From positions 225,584-289,583 of the forward strand of contig JAJYVH010000001.1 of assembly GCA_021792095.1 (NCBI GenBank): DNA of 64,000 nucleotides. Direction: 5' to 3'. The notes below the pieces were generated by a model. That model made no database searches and was not told the origin of the DNA. It worked only from the letters and a program-made list of their open reading frames with translations. A program made the translations under genes and the position numbers. This DNA is from Candidatus Micrarchaeota archaeon. Lineage in GTDB: Archaea; Micrarchaeota; Micrarchaeia; Micrarchaeales; CABMGC01. Positions 32,245-41,702 of this stretch are shown one piece after another; position 1 is the first letter of the stretch, and each line of letters begins with the position of its first letter.

Positions 32245-34678
32245 TGATTGCTTGGTGGATGTAAAGAATGTAGTGCTTGAGGAAGAGCTGCAGTCCAGCT
32301 ACCTGGACTACGCGATGAGCGTAATCATAGGCAGGGCCATACCTGACGCGAGGGACGGCCTTAAGCCGGTACAGAGGAGGATACTGTACACGATGCTCGA
32401 TTTGGGCAACACGCACGACAAGCCGACGCAGAAGAGCGCTAAGATAGTGGGGGCCGTAATGGGGCGCTTCCATCCCCACGGAGACATGGCGATATACGAC
32501 GCTCTCGCGCGTATGGCGCAGCCGTTCGCGATGAACCATACGCTCGTGGAAGGGCAGGGCAATTGGGGTTCTATCGACGGCGATCCTCCTGCTGCCATGC
32601 GATATACAGAGGCAAGGCTCTCCAGGCTGTCCGATGAGGTGCTCGCCGACCTCGACAAGGACACCGTAAACTTTGTCCCAAATTTCGACAATACAGAGGA
32701 AGAGCCCGAGACGCTTCCGACCAAGTTTCCGAACCTGCTCGTCAACGGAGCTTCGGGGATAGCTGTAGGCGTGGCGACCAGCATACCGCCGCACAACCTT
32801 GCCGAGGTGTGCGATGCTGTGCTCTGTGTTCTGGGCAACAAGGAGGCCACGATAGACGACGTGCTCGCAAGGATTAAGGGGCCCGACTTCCCCACCGGAG
32901 GCATAGCGATAATGAGCCAGAATGCCGCAAATGGGTACAAGTACGGCAGGGGGCAGCTGACAGTCAGGGGCAGGGCGAACGTCGACGCGGAGAAAGGCAG
33001 GATAACAATAACCGAGATACCGTACAACGTGAACAAGGCGGCCCTGATGGAGAGCATAGCCGACATGGCCAGGGCGAAGAGGGTGGTCGGCGTGCGCGAT
33101 CTTAGGGACGAGAGCGACAGGAACGGCATAAGCATAGTGATAGAATTGACACGCGACGCAAACGCGGAGCAGATACTCAACCAACTCTACAAACACACGC
33201 AGCTCGAAACCACGTTCCCGCTAATAAGCCTCGCAGTCACCGGCAACGTGCTCAAGAGCTTCAGCGTGCTGCAACTGCTCGGCACTTTCATCAACTACAG
33301 GAGAGGCGTGGTGACGAAGAGAAGCCAGCACGAGCTAAAGGTTGCGAGGGAGAGGCTGCACATAGTGGAGGGCCTGCAGGTGGCCATATCGAGAATAGAC
33401 GATGTGGTTGCAGCGATAAGGGGCAGCAATGAGGTCGCAGAGGCGAGGAGCAAGCTGATGTCCGGCTTCTCTCTCACAGAGAAGCAGGCGTCAGCGATAC
33501 TGGACATGAAGCTCAGCAGGCTGACGCAGCTCGAGAAAGGCGCGCTGGACAAGGAAGCGGTAGAGCTCGGAGTAAGCATCAAGCATTACTCGGATGTGCT
33601 CGCCGACTCCGCAAAGATAGACGCGATAATCAAGGAGGAGATGCTAGAGCTGAAGAAGAAGTACGGCAGGCCCAGAAGGACAGAGATAGTGCACATGGAC
33701 GAGGAGGTCACCATACAGGACGAGGACCTCATAAACGACGACGAAGTGAGCGTGATACTCACAGCGTCAGGCTATGTCAAGCGTATGGGCACCGTCAACT
33801 ACAAGGAGCAGGAGAGGGGAGGCAAAGGGATAATAGCGATGAACCTTAAGGAGGGCGACTTCGTAAAGCACATGATAACGCTGCGAAACAAGGACTACAT
33901 CCTGTTCCTGTCCACCAAGGGCAGGCTCTATTGGCTCAAGGCGTACAGCGTGCCGGAGGGCAGCAGGTACTCGGAGGGCAGGGCCATAGCAAACCTGCTT
34001 AACCTCAAGGATGAGGGCATAGTCACCATGTTCCGGATCAAGGACTTCGAGACGTCGAGCATATTCTTCATAACTGCGAAAGGCAAGATAAAAAGGACAA
34101 GCGCGAAGCTCTTCTCCAAGCCGAGGGTCACCGGCGTGCATGCGATATCGCTCAACGAGGGCGACGAGATAGCCGACGCCATAGTGGTCAAGGACCAGAA
34201 GTACATAATCATAGCAACGAAAAACGGCAAGTCTATAAGGTTCAGCGTCGATGACGTGCGCCCCATGGGGCGCTCCGCGGCGGGCGTAAGGGGCATAAGG
34301 ACGCACGAGGGCGACAGCGCCAAGAATATAATCGCAGCAGGCGACGAAGGCAGCGTGCTAACCGTTTCGGAGAAGGGCTACGGCAAGATAACTGACGTGG
34401 CCGAGTACAGGATGCAGGGCAGGGGAGGCGGAGGCGTAATAAACCTAAAGGTTAACGACAAGACGGGGCCCGTGGCCAAGGTGCTGTTCCTGAACAAGGA
34501 GCCCAAGCTGCTGCTGATAAATTCGAAGGGAGTGAGCATAATGATTCCTACTGCTTCCATACGCGTCACAGGCAGGGCCGCCAGCGGCGTGAGACTCATG
34601 AAAACGGAGCCCGGAGCAAAGGTAATAGACGCCAGGCTTATGTTGGACTCCGAGGTGGGCGCCAATGGCAATAACTAA
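32234..34678 (+). CDS. gyrA: DNA gyrase subunit A
   Basis: 814 aa. YLDYAMSVIIGRAIPDARDGLKPVQRRILY, HPHGDMAIYDALARMAQ, active-site AAMRYTEARL, and C-terminal beta-pinwheel repeats. Overlaps the gyrB stop by 11 nt (TTG start; later in-frame TTG/GTG also possible). Confidence 0.95.
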   Translation: MTCSDCLVDVKNVVLEEELQSSYLDYAMSVIIGRAIPDARDGLKPVQRRILYTMLDLGNTHDKPTQKSAKIVGAVMGRFHPHGDMAIYDALARMAQPFAMNHTLVEGQGNWGSIDGDPPAAMRYTEARLSRLSDEVLADLDKDTVNFVPNFDNTEEEPETLPTKFPNLLVNGASGIAVGVATSIPPHNLAEVCDAVLCVLGNKEATIDDVLARIKGPDFPTGGIAIMSQNAANGYKYGRGQLTVRGRANVDAEKGRITITEIPYNVNKAALMESIADMARAKRVVGVRDLRDESDRNGISIVIELTRDANAEQILNQLYKHTQLETTFPLISLAVTGNVLKSFSVLQLLGTFINYRRGVVTKRSQHELKVARERLHIVEGLQVAISRIDDVVAAIRGSNEVAEARSKLMSGFSLTEKQASAILDMKLSRLTQLEKGALDKEAVELGVSIKHYSDVLADSAKIDAIIKEEMLELKKKYGRPRRTEIVHMDEEVTIQDEDLINDDEVSVILTASGYVKRMGTVNYKEQERGGKGIIAMNLKEGDFVKHMITLRNKDYILFLSTKGRLYWLKAYSVPEGSRYSEGRAIANLLNLKDEGIVTMFRIKDFETSSIFFITAKGKIKRTSAKLFSKPRVTGVHAISLNEGDEIADAIVVKDQKYIIIATKNGKSIRFSVDDVRPMGRSAAGVRGIRTHEGDSAKNIIAAGDEGSVLTVSEKGYGKITDVAEYRMQGRGGGGVINLKVNDKTGPVAKVLFLNKEPKLLLINSKGVSIMIPTASIRVTGRAASGVRLMKTEPGAKVIDARLMLDSEVGANGNN

Positions 34679-35240
34679 GGCGATCATCGTCCACGGTGCG
34701 GGAGGCTCGCCGCAGGAGAACTGGTTCCCATGGCTCAAGGCAGAGCTTGAGAAACTAAAGCTTACTGTGATAGTGCCCCAATTCCCATCAGGCGAAAGGC
34801 ACAGCCTGTCGGACTGGATGTATGAATTCAGCAGATGGAAAAACGCCGTGGACGAGCAGACTATGATGATAGGCCACAGCGTGGGGCCTGCGTTCATACT
34901 CAACTTCCTGGAGAGGAGCGGAACAGGGATAGCTGCCGCATTCCTTGTGGCTCCGTTCGTAGGCAAGCTCGGGATAGAGCGGTTTGACCTGGCCAACGCC
35001 ACGTTCACGGAGCACCAGTTCAACTGGGCAAGGATAAAGGAGCACTGCAGGACTTTCTTCGTATACAGTTCGGACAACGATCCGTACGTGCCGATAGAGA
35101 AGGGCGAATTTCTGAGCGCGAAGCTGGATGCGAGATTCAAATTGGTCCGCGGAGCCGGCCATTTCAACGCGGAAGCCGGTTACACTCGCTTCCCGATGCT
35201 ACTTGACGACGTAAAGGCGCTCGTTTTCAGCGCTTCTTAA
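34665..35240 (+). CDS. alpha/beta hydrolase, YdeN/RBBP9-like serine hydrolase
   Basis: 191 aa. AIIVHGAGGSPQENWFPWL, nucleophile elbow MIGHSVG, later SDNDPYVP and GAGHF. Confidence 0.65.
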   Translation: MAITKAIIVHGAGGSPQENWFPWLKAELEKLKLTVIVPQFPSGERHSLSDWMYEFSRWKNAVDEQTMMIGHSVGPAFILNFLERSGTGIAAAFLVAPFVGKLGIERFDLANATFTEHQFNWARIKEHCRTFFVYSSDNDPYVPIEKGEFLSAKLDARFKLVRGAGHFNAEAGYTRFPMLLDDVKALVFSAS

Positions 35241-35242
35241 TC

Positions 35243-36064
35243 TCAAAGCAAACCATGAGCATCCCTGAAAGTGATTATGTCTTCATCATCGTTCTCGATT
35301 CGAAGTATTGAAGTATCAGCTCTCTGCGTGCCATTTTTGCCAAGTTTCTCAAAAACGTCGAATGCCAGGACTATTGCAGGAACTATTGGTATGCTCCCGT
35401 ATCTGCGTTCTAGGATGTTTTGCCTGCGTGCGGCCGCAAGCTGTATCGCGTCCTCTTTCTTCCCATTCTCAATCCTTTGCGCTTCTGGGTATTCTGACAC
35501 TGTTATGTCGTCTATGCCCAGCATGCGCAGATTGGTCTTCACGCCCTGGATGTGCAGAGGGTGCGTAACCACTACCTGAATGCCCCCTTTGTCAGCCACT
35601 CTTGGCGCGTCTGCGGCAACTACCTGCGCGAACATGAGCTCGCGAGCTGGCGAAACCCATGCCCGAAGCCAATCAAACCTGACTTTAAGCTCTTCAGCCC
35701 GATCGCCGGTCGTGACTTCTAACGCCTGGATTGTCCAATCCCTAAATTCGCGTGCATAAAGGTATCTGAACTCTATCTCTTGGTCCAGGCCGCGCAATTC
35801 GAAGCCGAGGGAGAAGGCCGTTTGATAAAATGGCTTGTAGTTATCCGCAGGGGCCCAATGCTCCTCTAGGCCGATGCCCCTCCAAAATTCATCGAAAGTT
35901 ATCTTCCCTCTCAAGACCGCCTCTGCGCTTTTCTCCATCCAGCCGCGAGGCAGCGCCTCGTGGTATATCGTTGCCTTATCCCGCGGCAAGCCAGCCAGCA
36001 GCTCCGTGTTCCTGTCCAACGAGTTCTTCTCGCTGTGGTTTTCTCCGTATATGAGTGTCTTCAT
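35243..36064 (-). CDS. hypothetical protein (weak TraB/ChaN/Tiki-like features)
   Basis: 273 aa. N-terminal LIYGENHS and later VVVTHPLHIQG are reminiscent of the GxxH...H pattern of that superfamily. Weak, by eye only. Confidence 0.4.
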   Translation of the reverse strand: MKTLIYGENHSEKNSLDRNTELLAGLPRDKATIYHEALPRGWMEKSAEAVLRGKITFDEFWRGIGLEEHWAPADNYKPFYQTAFSLGFELRGLDQEIEFRYLYAREFRDWTIQALEVTTGDRAEELKVRFDWLRAWVSPARELMFAQVVAADAPRVADKGGIQVVVTHPLHIQGVKTNLRMLGIDDITVSEYPEAQRIENGKKEDAIQLAAARRQNILERRYGSIPIVPAIVLAFDVFEKLGKNGTQRADTSILRIENDDEDIITFRDAHGLL

Positions 36065-36124
36065 AATCGGCCTTGCTTCGCTCCCTTTAAATAAATTGAC
36101 TTTAGCTGCCGAAGCCGGAGCGCG

Positions 36125-38890
36125 CTACTTCCAGTACTGCTTTGTCCTGACGAAGTTCTTCTGCGCCTCCAGCAGGTCTATCAAGAACTGCTTCTTGTCC
36201 TTTCTCAGGAGCCTGAGCACCCTTGCGGCCGTGACCGCGCCCACGCCGTAAACCGACAGCGCGACAAGCGCCTTGGTGCCGTACGCATCTACCAGTCCGG
36301 ACTCGCGCACAGCGTCCCTGTATTGTATCTGCTCGTCTTCCTTCAGCTGTCTGCCCTGTATCTTCTTCCTTATGGCGGCGCTCCTCGCGTCGCTCTGCAT
36401 GCACACCAGTGGGCTCTTGCAGCTGGGGCATGCGACGCGTTCGTATCTGCCCGCATCCAGCTGCTTTTGGAATTCTGTACCGCAGTAGGTGCAGACGAGC
36501 AGCGGCTTCTTGCTGTCTATCTTGTCCTCGAGCTCCTTTATCTCGGAGTCTTCTGGGAGGGCAGGCAGGAGCAGTTCCCTGTACGCGTGGGAGGCGCGCA
36601 CTATCTCTTCCGCAAGCGGTGACAGGCCCCCGCCCGCGACCACGATGCGAATGGCGCCTTTCCTCAACCTTCCCAGAAACTCCTCCACGCTCTCTATGTC
36701 GAAGTTGTTCTTCTCCAGGTCGCGGAGGGTCTCCTCGGCTATGGGCGAACCGCTGTAGAATGCCACGAGGCGTTCTGCGTTGCTTTTGCCTATCTGCGCC
36801 CCGCGCTCCACCACGCCGAAAAGCTTGCAGATGCGCACAAATCTGTACCTGTACGTGTCCGTACCTGAGATGAAAGGCGCGCAGTTGTCCCGGCCGACAT
36901 CGTAGTGCTTTATTATGTCGAATACCTTGCGCATGTCGGGCCTCCGCCTTGCGCCGGCAAAATCGACTATCAGCGCGTACGGAGTGGCCTTCACCGACAC
37001 CCTTGCGCCTGACGCGGCCGATGCCGCATAGCCCACCAGCTTTGCGAGATACTCGTTAGCGAGCTTGCCGAGCGGCGCGTGCACAACAGCATATCCTTCA
37101 GCGTCCTCTATCACTAGCGCATCGTCCGTTGGAGTGAAACGTTTCTTCTGGGCATCTATGAAGCTCTCTGCGGCGGCCATCGTGTCCTTGTCGGCCACGG
37201 ATGAGCTGTTTCCGACACCGCGCGAGAACAGGCCGTAAACACGTTTCGCGGTCTCCTTCGACACTGGTATGTCCTCCCCCTCCCAATCGGGTACGGCAGC
37301 GCTTATGTCGTCGCTCTGCTCCACGGAGACCACCCCTTTGTCTATGCTGATCACCTTCCACGGCAGCCCCTTCGTTATGAACGTGGCGCCCGTTTCGAGA
37401 TAGTTCATGACGAACTGCTCGTCCATGCTCGCGATTGTCCTGTTGCCTACCACGCTCCTTACTTCGAAGCGCACGGTGTCGGGTATGACGCTTATGTTGG
37501 AGAAGAAGTAGCGCCTGGACCTGTAGCCTATGCCCACGCTGCCTTCCTTCCGCCTTATCAGGCGTTCCTTGTCCAGGAAATCGGCTATTCTCTCGAACGC
37601 ACCTCTGGAAAGCCCAGAGTACGGAGCTGCGCGCCTCACAATGCCGAGCAGTTTCTCCTCGCTTATCTTCCTGTACTCCAGCGCGATGGCGCAGATCTGG
37701 TTAGCAAGCACGTCCAGCGCGCCAGACTCCATCCTACCCTTCTCCATCGCACCGGCCTGCATCTGCTCTGTTATCGCCTCCGACTCCAGGATCTCGAGTG
37801 GGCTCGCCACTATCACGCTACCGAACGATGCCTCCTTCTCCCTGTGTCCTCCCCTGCCCACACGCTGCACAAGCCTAACCACCTGCTTCGGAGAGCCGTA
37901 CTGTATGACTAGGTTTATGGCGCCTATGTCTATGCCAAGCTCAAGCGAGCTCGTGGCTATGATGCTCTTTATTCTGCCCTCCTTGAACTCGTTCTCGCTC
38001 CTTATCCTCTCCTCCTTGTCCAGGGAGCTGTGATGCACTCCTATGCCCCCGAAGTGCGCCACCTTGTCGAAGTATACGAGCTTGCTGCCCAGGGACTCCA
38101 CCACCTGCCTGGTGTTGGCGAATATCAGCGTGGAGGTCGAGCCCCTGATGAGCTCTGCCACCCTCTCGATCCTGGCCAGGGTGGCGCCGTCGAGACCGAA
38201 GCTCTCCGCGAATCCTGCGTGCTCCTTCGAGGCCCTGCGCGGCATCTCTATGCCTATGTGTATCTCCTTGCTCGCCTTCGTGTCTACCGTCTCAAAGCCC
38301 CTGCCGCCGCAGAGGAACGAGCCTGCCTCCTTGGCGTTGCCGAGCGTGGCGCTTATGCCTATGCGCTGGTATCCCGGAGCCAGCTCCTCGAGCCTTTCAA
38401 GCGCCACGGAGAGCTGTGCACCGCGCTTAGTGTAGTAGAGCTCGTGCAGCTCGTCCACTATTACTGCCTTCACGTTTCCCATCGCGTTCCTGAGGCGCTG
38501 CGACAGGAAGAGGTTCTGCAGCGTCTCCGGCGTAGTGATCAGGAGATACGGGGGCGAGGCAGCCTGCAACTGCCTCTCCTTTGTCGGCGTGTCGCCGTGC
38601 CTCACTGATATGCTGACCCCCATCTCCGCCGCAAACTGCGACAACCGCTTGAGCAGGTCCCTGTTCAGCGCCCTGAGCGGAGTGATGTACATTATCGCTA
38701 TCCCCTTTCCAGTCCCGCGCTCCAGCAGCCTGGCGAGCAGGGGCACGATGGCAGATTCGGTCTTGCCGCTGCCCGTCGGCGCCAGTATCACGCAGTTGGT
38801 CCCTTCCTCCACTATCGGGATGGCTGCCTTCTGTACGTCGGTAATGCTGCCGAACTTGCGCATGAGGATGTCGTAAGGGTCGATGTGCAT
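36125..38890 (-). CDS. lhr: Lhr-type DEAD/DEAH-box ATP-dependent helicase
   Basis: 921 aa. Q-motif/Walker A DVQKAAIPIVEEGTNCVILAPTGSGKT, DExH box IVDELHE, SAT, HHSSL...ATSSLELGIDIG, QRVGRGGH. C-terminal Zn ribbon CTYCG...CPSC. Confidence 0.85.
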   Translation of the reverse strand: MHIDPYDILMRKFGSITDVQKAAIPIVEEGTNCVILAPTGSGKTESAIVPLLARLLERGTGKGIAIMYITPLRALNRDLLKRLSQFAAEMGVSISVRHGDTPTKERQLQAASPPYLLITTPETLQNLFLSQRLRNAMGNVKAVIVDELHELYYTKRGAQLSVALERLEELAPGYQRIGISATLGNAKEAGSFLCGGRGFETVDTKASKEIHIGIEMPRRASKEHAGFAESFGLDGATLARIERVAELIRGSTSTLIFANTRQVVESLGSKLVYFDKVAHFGGIGVHHSSLDKEERIRSENEFKEGRIKSIIATSSLELGIDIGAINLVIQYGSPKQVVRLVQRVGRGGHREKEASFGSVIVASPLEILESEAITEQMQAGAMEKGRMESGALDVLANQICAIALEYRKISEEKLLGIVRRAAPYSGLSRGAFERIADFLDKERLIRRKEGSVGIGYRSRRYFFSNISVIPDTVRFEVRSVVGNRTIASMDEQFVMNYLETGATFITKGLPWKVISIDKGVVSVEQSDDISAAVPDWEGEDIPVSKETAKRVYGLFSRGVGNSSSVADKDTMAAAESFIDAQKKRFTPTDDALVIEDAEGYAVVHAPLGKLANEYLAKLVGYAASAASGARVSVKATPYALIVDFAGARRRPDMRKVFDIIKHYDVGRDNCAPFISGTDTYRYRFVRICKLFGVVERGAQIGKSNAERLVAFYSGSPIAEETLRDLEKNNFDIESVEEFLGRLRKGAIRIVVAGGGLSPLAEEIVRASHAYRELLLPALPEDSEIKELEDKIDSKKPLLVCTYCGTEFQKQLDAGRYERVACPSCKSPLVCMQSDARSAAIRKKIQGRQLKEDEQIQYRDAVRESGLVDAYGTKALVALSVYGVGAVTAARVLRLLRKDKKQFLIDLLEAQKNFVRTKQYWK

Positions 38891-38895
38891 GAACG

Positions 38896-40539
38896 TTAGC
38901 CGAAAGGTATGAAGGCGCTGCCCACGTCATCTACTGTCCTGTTGCCCGCAGTGTAGTTGACGGCCAGGTTCGTATGCAGGTTGAGCGCCACTCCGCTTAT
39001 CGGAGTGGTCATGTTGTAACACCTGAGGCTAAGGGCCATGGACGCTCCCGGCGCCAGGGTCCTGTTCTCAAAGGCAGGATATTCGTTGGCGAATTTGTAG
39101 CAGCCTGCGCTGTTTATGTGCGCGCTCTCATTCAGCATGCTCCTTATGGTAAAGCCCACTGTGCCATTGTCGTAAGTCAGGTTGCTGCACCCGAACGCGG
39201 AACCGAGTGCGCATGTGTTGCTAATCCCAGACAGGAACGTTACCGAAGGGCCGCTCACGTTGATGCGGCCAAGCAGGTCTTCGGCCACAGAGACCTGGTC
39301 CAGAGCCGCGCTCGAGTTTATGAGCGAAAACGCGCTCACGTTGTAGCCCCCTCTGTAAGCAGTAGTCTCGACCAGGGCCATGCTCCCGAGCTTTCCGCTG
39401 GACGGCACAAGGTATGTGCTGCAGTAGCTCACGTTGTTGTACGTGCCAAGCACTCCGTAGCACAGGTTACTGTTCGTGGTCTGCCTGGTCACAGCCTCTG
39501 ATATGAAGGAGGCGTTGTTGAGCACGTAAAGCGAAGACGCGTAGCTTCCCAGGTAATCGGTGCCATTCGAAGCGCCGAGAAGTGTGGCGTTGGCCGGAAC
39601 TAGGTAGCCGCTGAACGCCGCGCTCACGTTGTTTGCAGGCGCGTGCGCATTCGAGGCGGAGGAGGCGTTTACCAGCGATGCACAGCCTATCGTGTTCGAA
39701 GATACGACGAGCACCTTGAGCCAGCCCCGCGAATACCAGCTGCAGAAGCTGGTGCCGTTGCGCATGTCTATCAGCGTCACGTTGCCTGCTGTGCTGTTGA
39801 TGCTTTCGTAGGAAAGGTTGGCTCCCTGCGCAGCCACTGAGAATATGCTTGGCGCGAGGTAGCCCTTAAGCCAAAGTGAATACGCGCTGTAATTGCTGTA
39901 CTGCGCTTCGGCGATGCTCATGTTCTTGATGTAGTTGTAAGTGAGGTTGAGGACAGGCTCTATGAAAGCGCCAGCCCGCCCTGCAGGCAAGGCGTCGAAG
40001 CGCGGCACGCCATAATTGTCGTATATGTATTCGGATATGGCATAGCCGCCGGCTGAGAGGAGCCCGCCCGAAGAATAAGCATAGTTGCCAGGCATTATCG
40101 CCCATGGGTCGTCCGGAGCCGGCGCATTAACCGAGAACGAGAGGCTGCCTGAGCTGGACTGCCGGTCGGCTATGTTGTAAACCTTCGCGGGGTCCGCTTC
40201 GACCAATATGTTGTACGCGCCTGGTTCGGTGGGTGAATAGTTATAATAGATCGTTGTCTGCTTGCCGGCAGGCAGTGTCACCTTGTAGAGCGTGCTCAGG
40301 TTGCCGTTCACAAAGATGCCGAGGCTCATGTTCTGTATCGGCGTGGTGCCGTTGTTAGAGGCGAGTATGTCCAGCACCACCTTCTGGTACGGGTAAAGCT
40401 GCGCGGGCACGCTGCCGTGCACGCTTACGCCCATGTCTATGCTTGGCTGGTACAGATACCTGAACAGGAACGCCGCTATGGCTATCACCACCACGACGGC
40501 CACCCAGAAATATATCTCGTTCTTCATGCATTCACGCAA
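38896..40539 (-). CDS. N-terminally anchored extracellular protein, extremely rich in N-X-S/T sequons (putative surface glycoprotein)
   Basis: 547 aa. N-terminal hydrophobic helix IYFWVAVVVVIAIAAFLF. My by-eye count is about 28 N-X-S/T sequons. Asn/Ser/Gly/Tyr-rich and Cys-poor. No enzymatic motif. Confidence 0.6.
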   Translation of the reverse strand: MRECMKNEIYFWVAVVVVIAIAAFLFRYLYQPSIDMGVSVHGSVPAQLYPYQKVVLDILASNNGTTPIQNMSLGIFVNGNLSTLYKVTLPAGKQTTIYYNYSPTEPGAYNILVEADPAKVYNIADRQSSSGSLSFSVNAPAPDDPWAIMPGNYAYSSGGLLSAGGYAISEYIYDNYGVPRFDALPAGRAGAFIEPVLNLTYNYIKNMSIAEAQYSNYSAYSLWLKGYLAPSIFSVAAQGANLSYESINSTAGNVTLIDMRNGTSFCSWYSRGWLKVLVVSSNTIGCASLVNASSASNAHAPANNVSAAFSGYLVPANATLLGASNGTDYLGSYASSLYVLNNASFISEAVTRQTTNSNLCYGVLGTYNNVSYCSTYLVPSSGKLGSMALVETTAYRGGYNVSAFSLINSSAALDQVSVAEDLLGRINVSGPSVTFLSGISNTCALGSAFGCSNLTYDNGTVGFTIRSMLNESAHINSAGCYKFANEYPAFENRTLAPGASMALSLRCYNMTTPISGVALNLHTNLAVNYTAGNRTVDDVGSAFIPFG

Positions 40540-41005
40540 GAGTCGCTTTGGCCTTAAGCTCTTTAACCGCTTCGCCTATGCTGGCCGATATCTCCTTGTA
40601 ATCACTGTCGTACAGGCCTCCGGCCCAAGTGGCTGCATCATACCTGTCTCCCATCGACGGCGGCTTGAGGTAGAACTTGCCCTGCGAGTTCTCGATCAGG
40701 CCCATCTTCTTCATGCGCAGCAGATGGTACCTGAGCGTCTTCTCGTTTATGGGCTCCCAGTTCTTGCTTATGTAATCAACCAGCTCTCCCACGCTCGGGT
40801 CGCTCCTCTTTACGAACTGGAAGTTCATCAGTGCGTCGAGCACGGCCACAGACCCGAGCCTCGACTCGCCGGGGTTTATCACGCCCAGGGAGAGCGCGAG
40901 CCACCTCGCTATCGATCGCCTTGTCTCCAGCACCTCCTTGGTGAGGCGCATCTTCCTCAGACTGATCTCCTTGTCTATAAGCTCCGATTCGCCTAGCTCC
41001 GGCAC
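40532..41005 (-). CDS. putative winged-helix DNA-binding protein
   Basis: 157 aa. VGELVDYISKNWEPINEKTLRYHLLRMKKMGLIENSQGKFYL is wHTH-like. Overlaps or abuts the start of the surface protein gene. Confidence 0.45.
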   Translation of the reverse strand: MPELGESELIDKEISLRKMRLTKEVLETRRSIARWLALSLGVINPGESRLGSVAVLDALMNFQFVKRSDPSVGELVDYISKNWEPINEKTLRYHLLRMKKMGLIENSQGKFYLKPPSMGDRYDAATWAGGLYDSDYKEISASIGEAVKELKAKATLA

Positions 41006-41022
41006 TCTACCAAACCCGAGAA

Positions 41023-41331
41023 ATGCTGCAGGATTTCCAGTCTGTTGTTATTCATCTTCATACTTATATGCTTTTCTTCGCCATTATCACCATCATCGGT
41101 ATCGCCGTGCCCAGGTACTACAAAGTTTATGACTCCAAGCAAACTCTTTACGTGACGGTAGACGACGGCGGTGCTGTGATAATAAAGGACGAGGCAGGCA
41201 GGAAGGTCTTCCTCTCCAGGTACCAGGCGAAGCTTATGAAGTTTGGCATAGACAACCTGCTCAGGAACATTTTCGAGGGCGTGGATTCGAGCGACGTACA
41301 TGTAGAGGAGCTGAAGGCAGCCCCGAAATGA
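41023..41331 (+). CDS. small membrane-anchored hypothetical protein
   Basis: 102 aa (87 aa if ATG 41068 is used). A single TM MLFFAIITIIGIAV followed by a soluble domain. Confidence 0.4.
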   Translation: MLQDFQSVVIHLHTYMLFFAIITIIGIAVPRYYKVYDSKQTLYVTVDDGGAVIIKDEAGRKVFLSRYQAKLMKFGIDNLLRNIFEGVDSSDVHVEELKAAPK

Positions 41332-41340
41332 GGTGCGCGC

Positions 41341-41697
41341 ATGTCACAACAAAACCAGAACAACAGTGATGCAGAGCGGCTGGTGGCCGATTACCAGCTG
41401 GTGCAGGAGCAGCTCAGGGCGTCTGCGCTGCAGCTGGAGCAGCTACAGTCGCAGAAAACGGAGCTCGAGCGGGCAAAAGAGGAAGTTAGCGGCGCGAGCG
41501 GCAAGGTGTACATAACGGTAGGCGGCGTCATAGTGGAAACGGACAAGGCGAAGGCCCTGGAGGACATAGGCAGCAGGATGGAGCTCACCCAGGTAAGGAT
41601 AGGTTCTGTGACGAAGCAGTACAATGACATGAAGGCCAAAGAGAAGCTGCTCGGGGATAAGCTCACGCAGCTGCTGGGCAGCAAAGGCCCGGGCTGA
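41341..41697 (+). CDS. pfdB: prefoldin subunit beta
   Basis: 118 aa. Coiled coil, beta hairpins, coiled coil: LQLEQLQSQKTELERAKEEV...KVYITVGGVIVETDKAKALEDIGSRMELTQVRI. Confidence 0.8.
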   Translation: MSQQNQNNSDAERLVADYQLVQEQLRASALQLEQLQSQKTELERAKEEVSGASGKVYITVGGVIVETDKAKALEDIGSRMELTQVRIGSVTKQYNDMKAKEKLLGDKLTQLLGSKGPG

Positions 41698-41702
41698 TCC
41701 GC

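Noticed and set aside
30322-34678. DNA gyrase in an archaeal context as a sign of recent horizontal transfer.
   Set aside because: Composition and codon usage look host-like, and gyrase is well established in several archaeal lineages. There is nothing anomalous in the locus beyond the normal gyrB/gyrA overlap.
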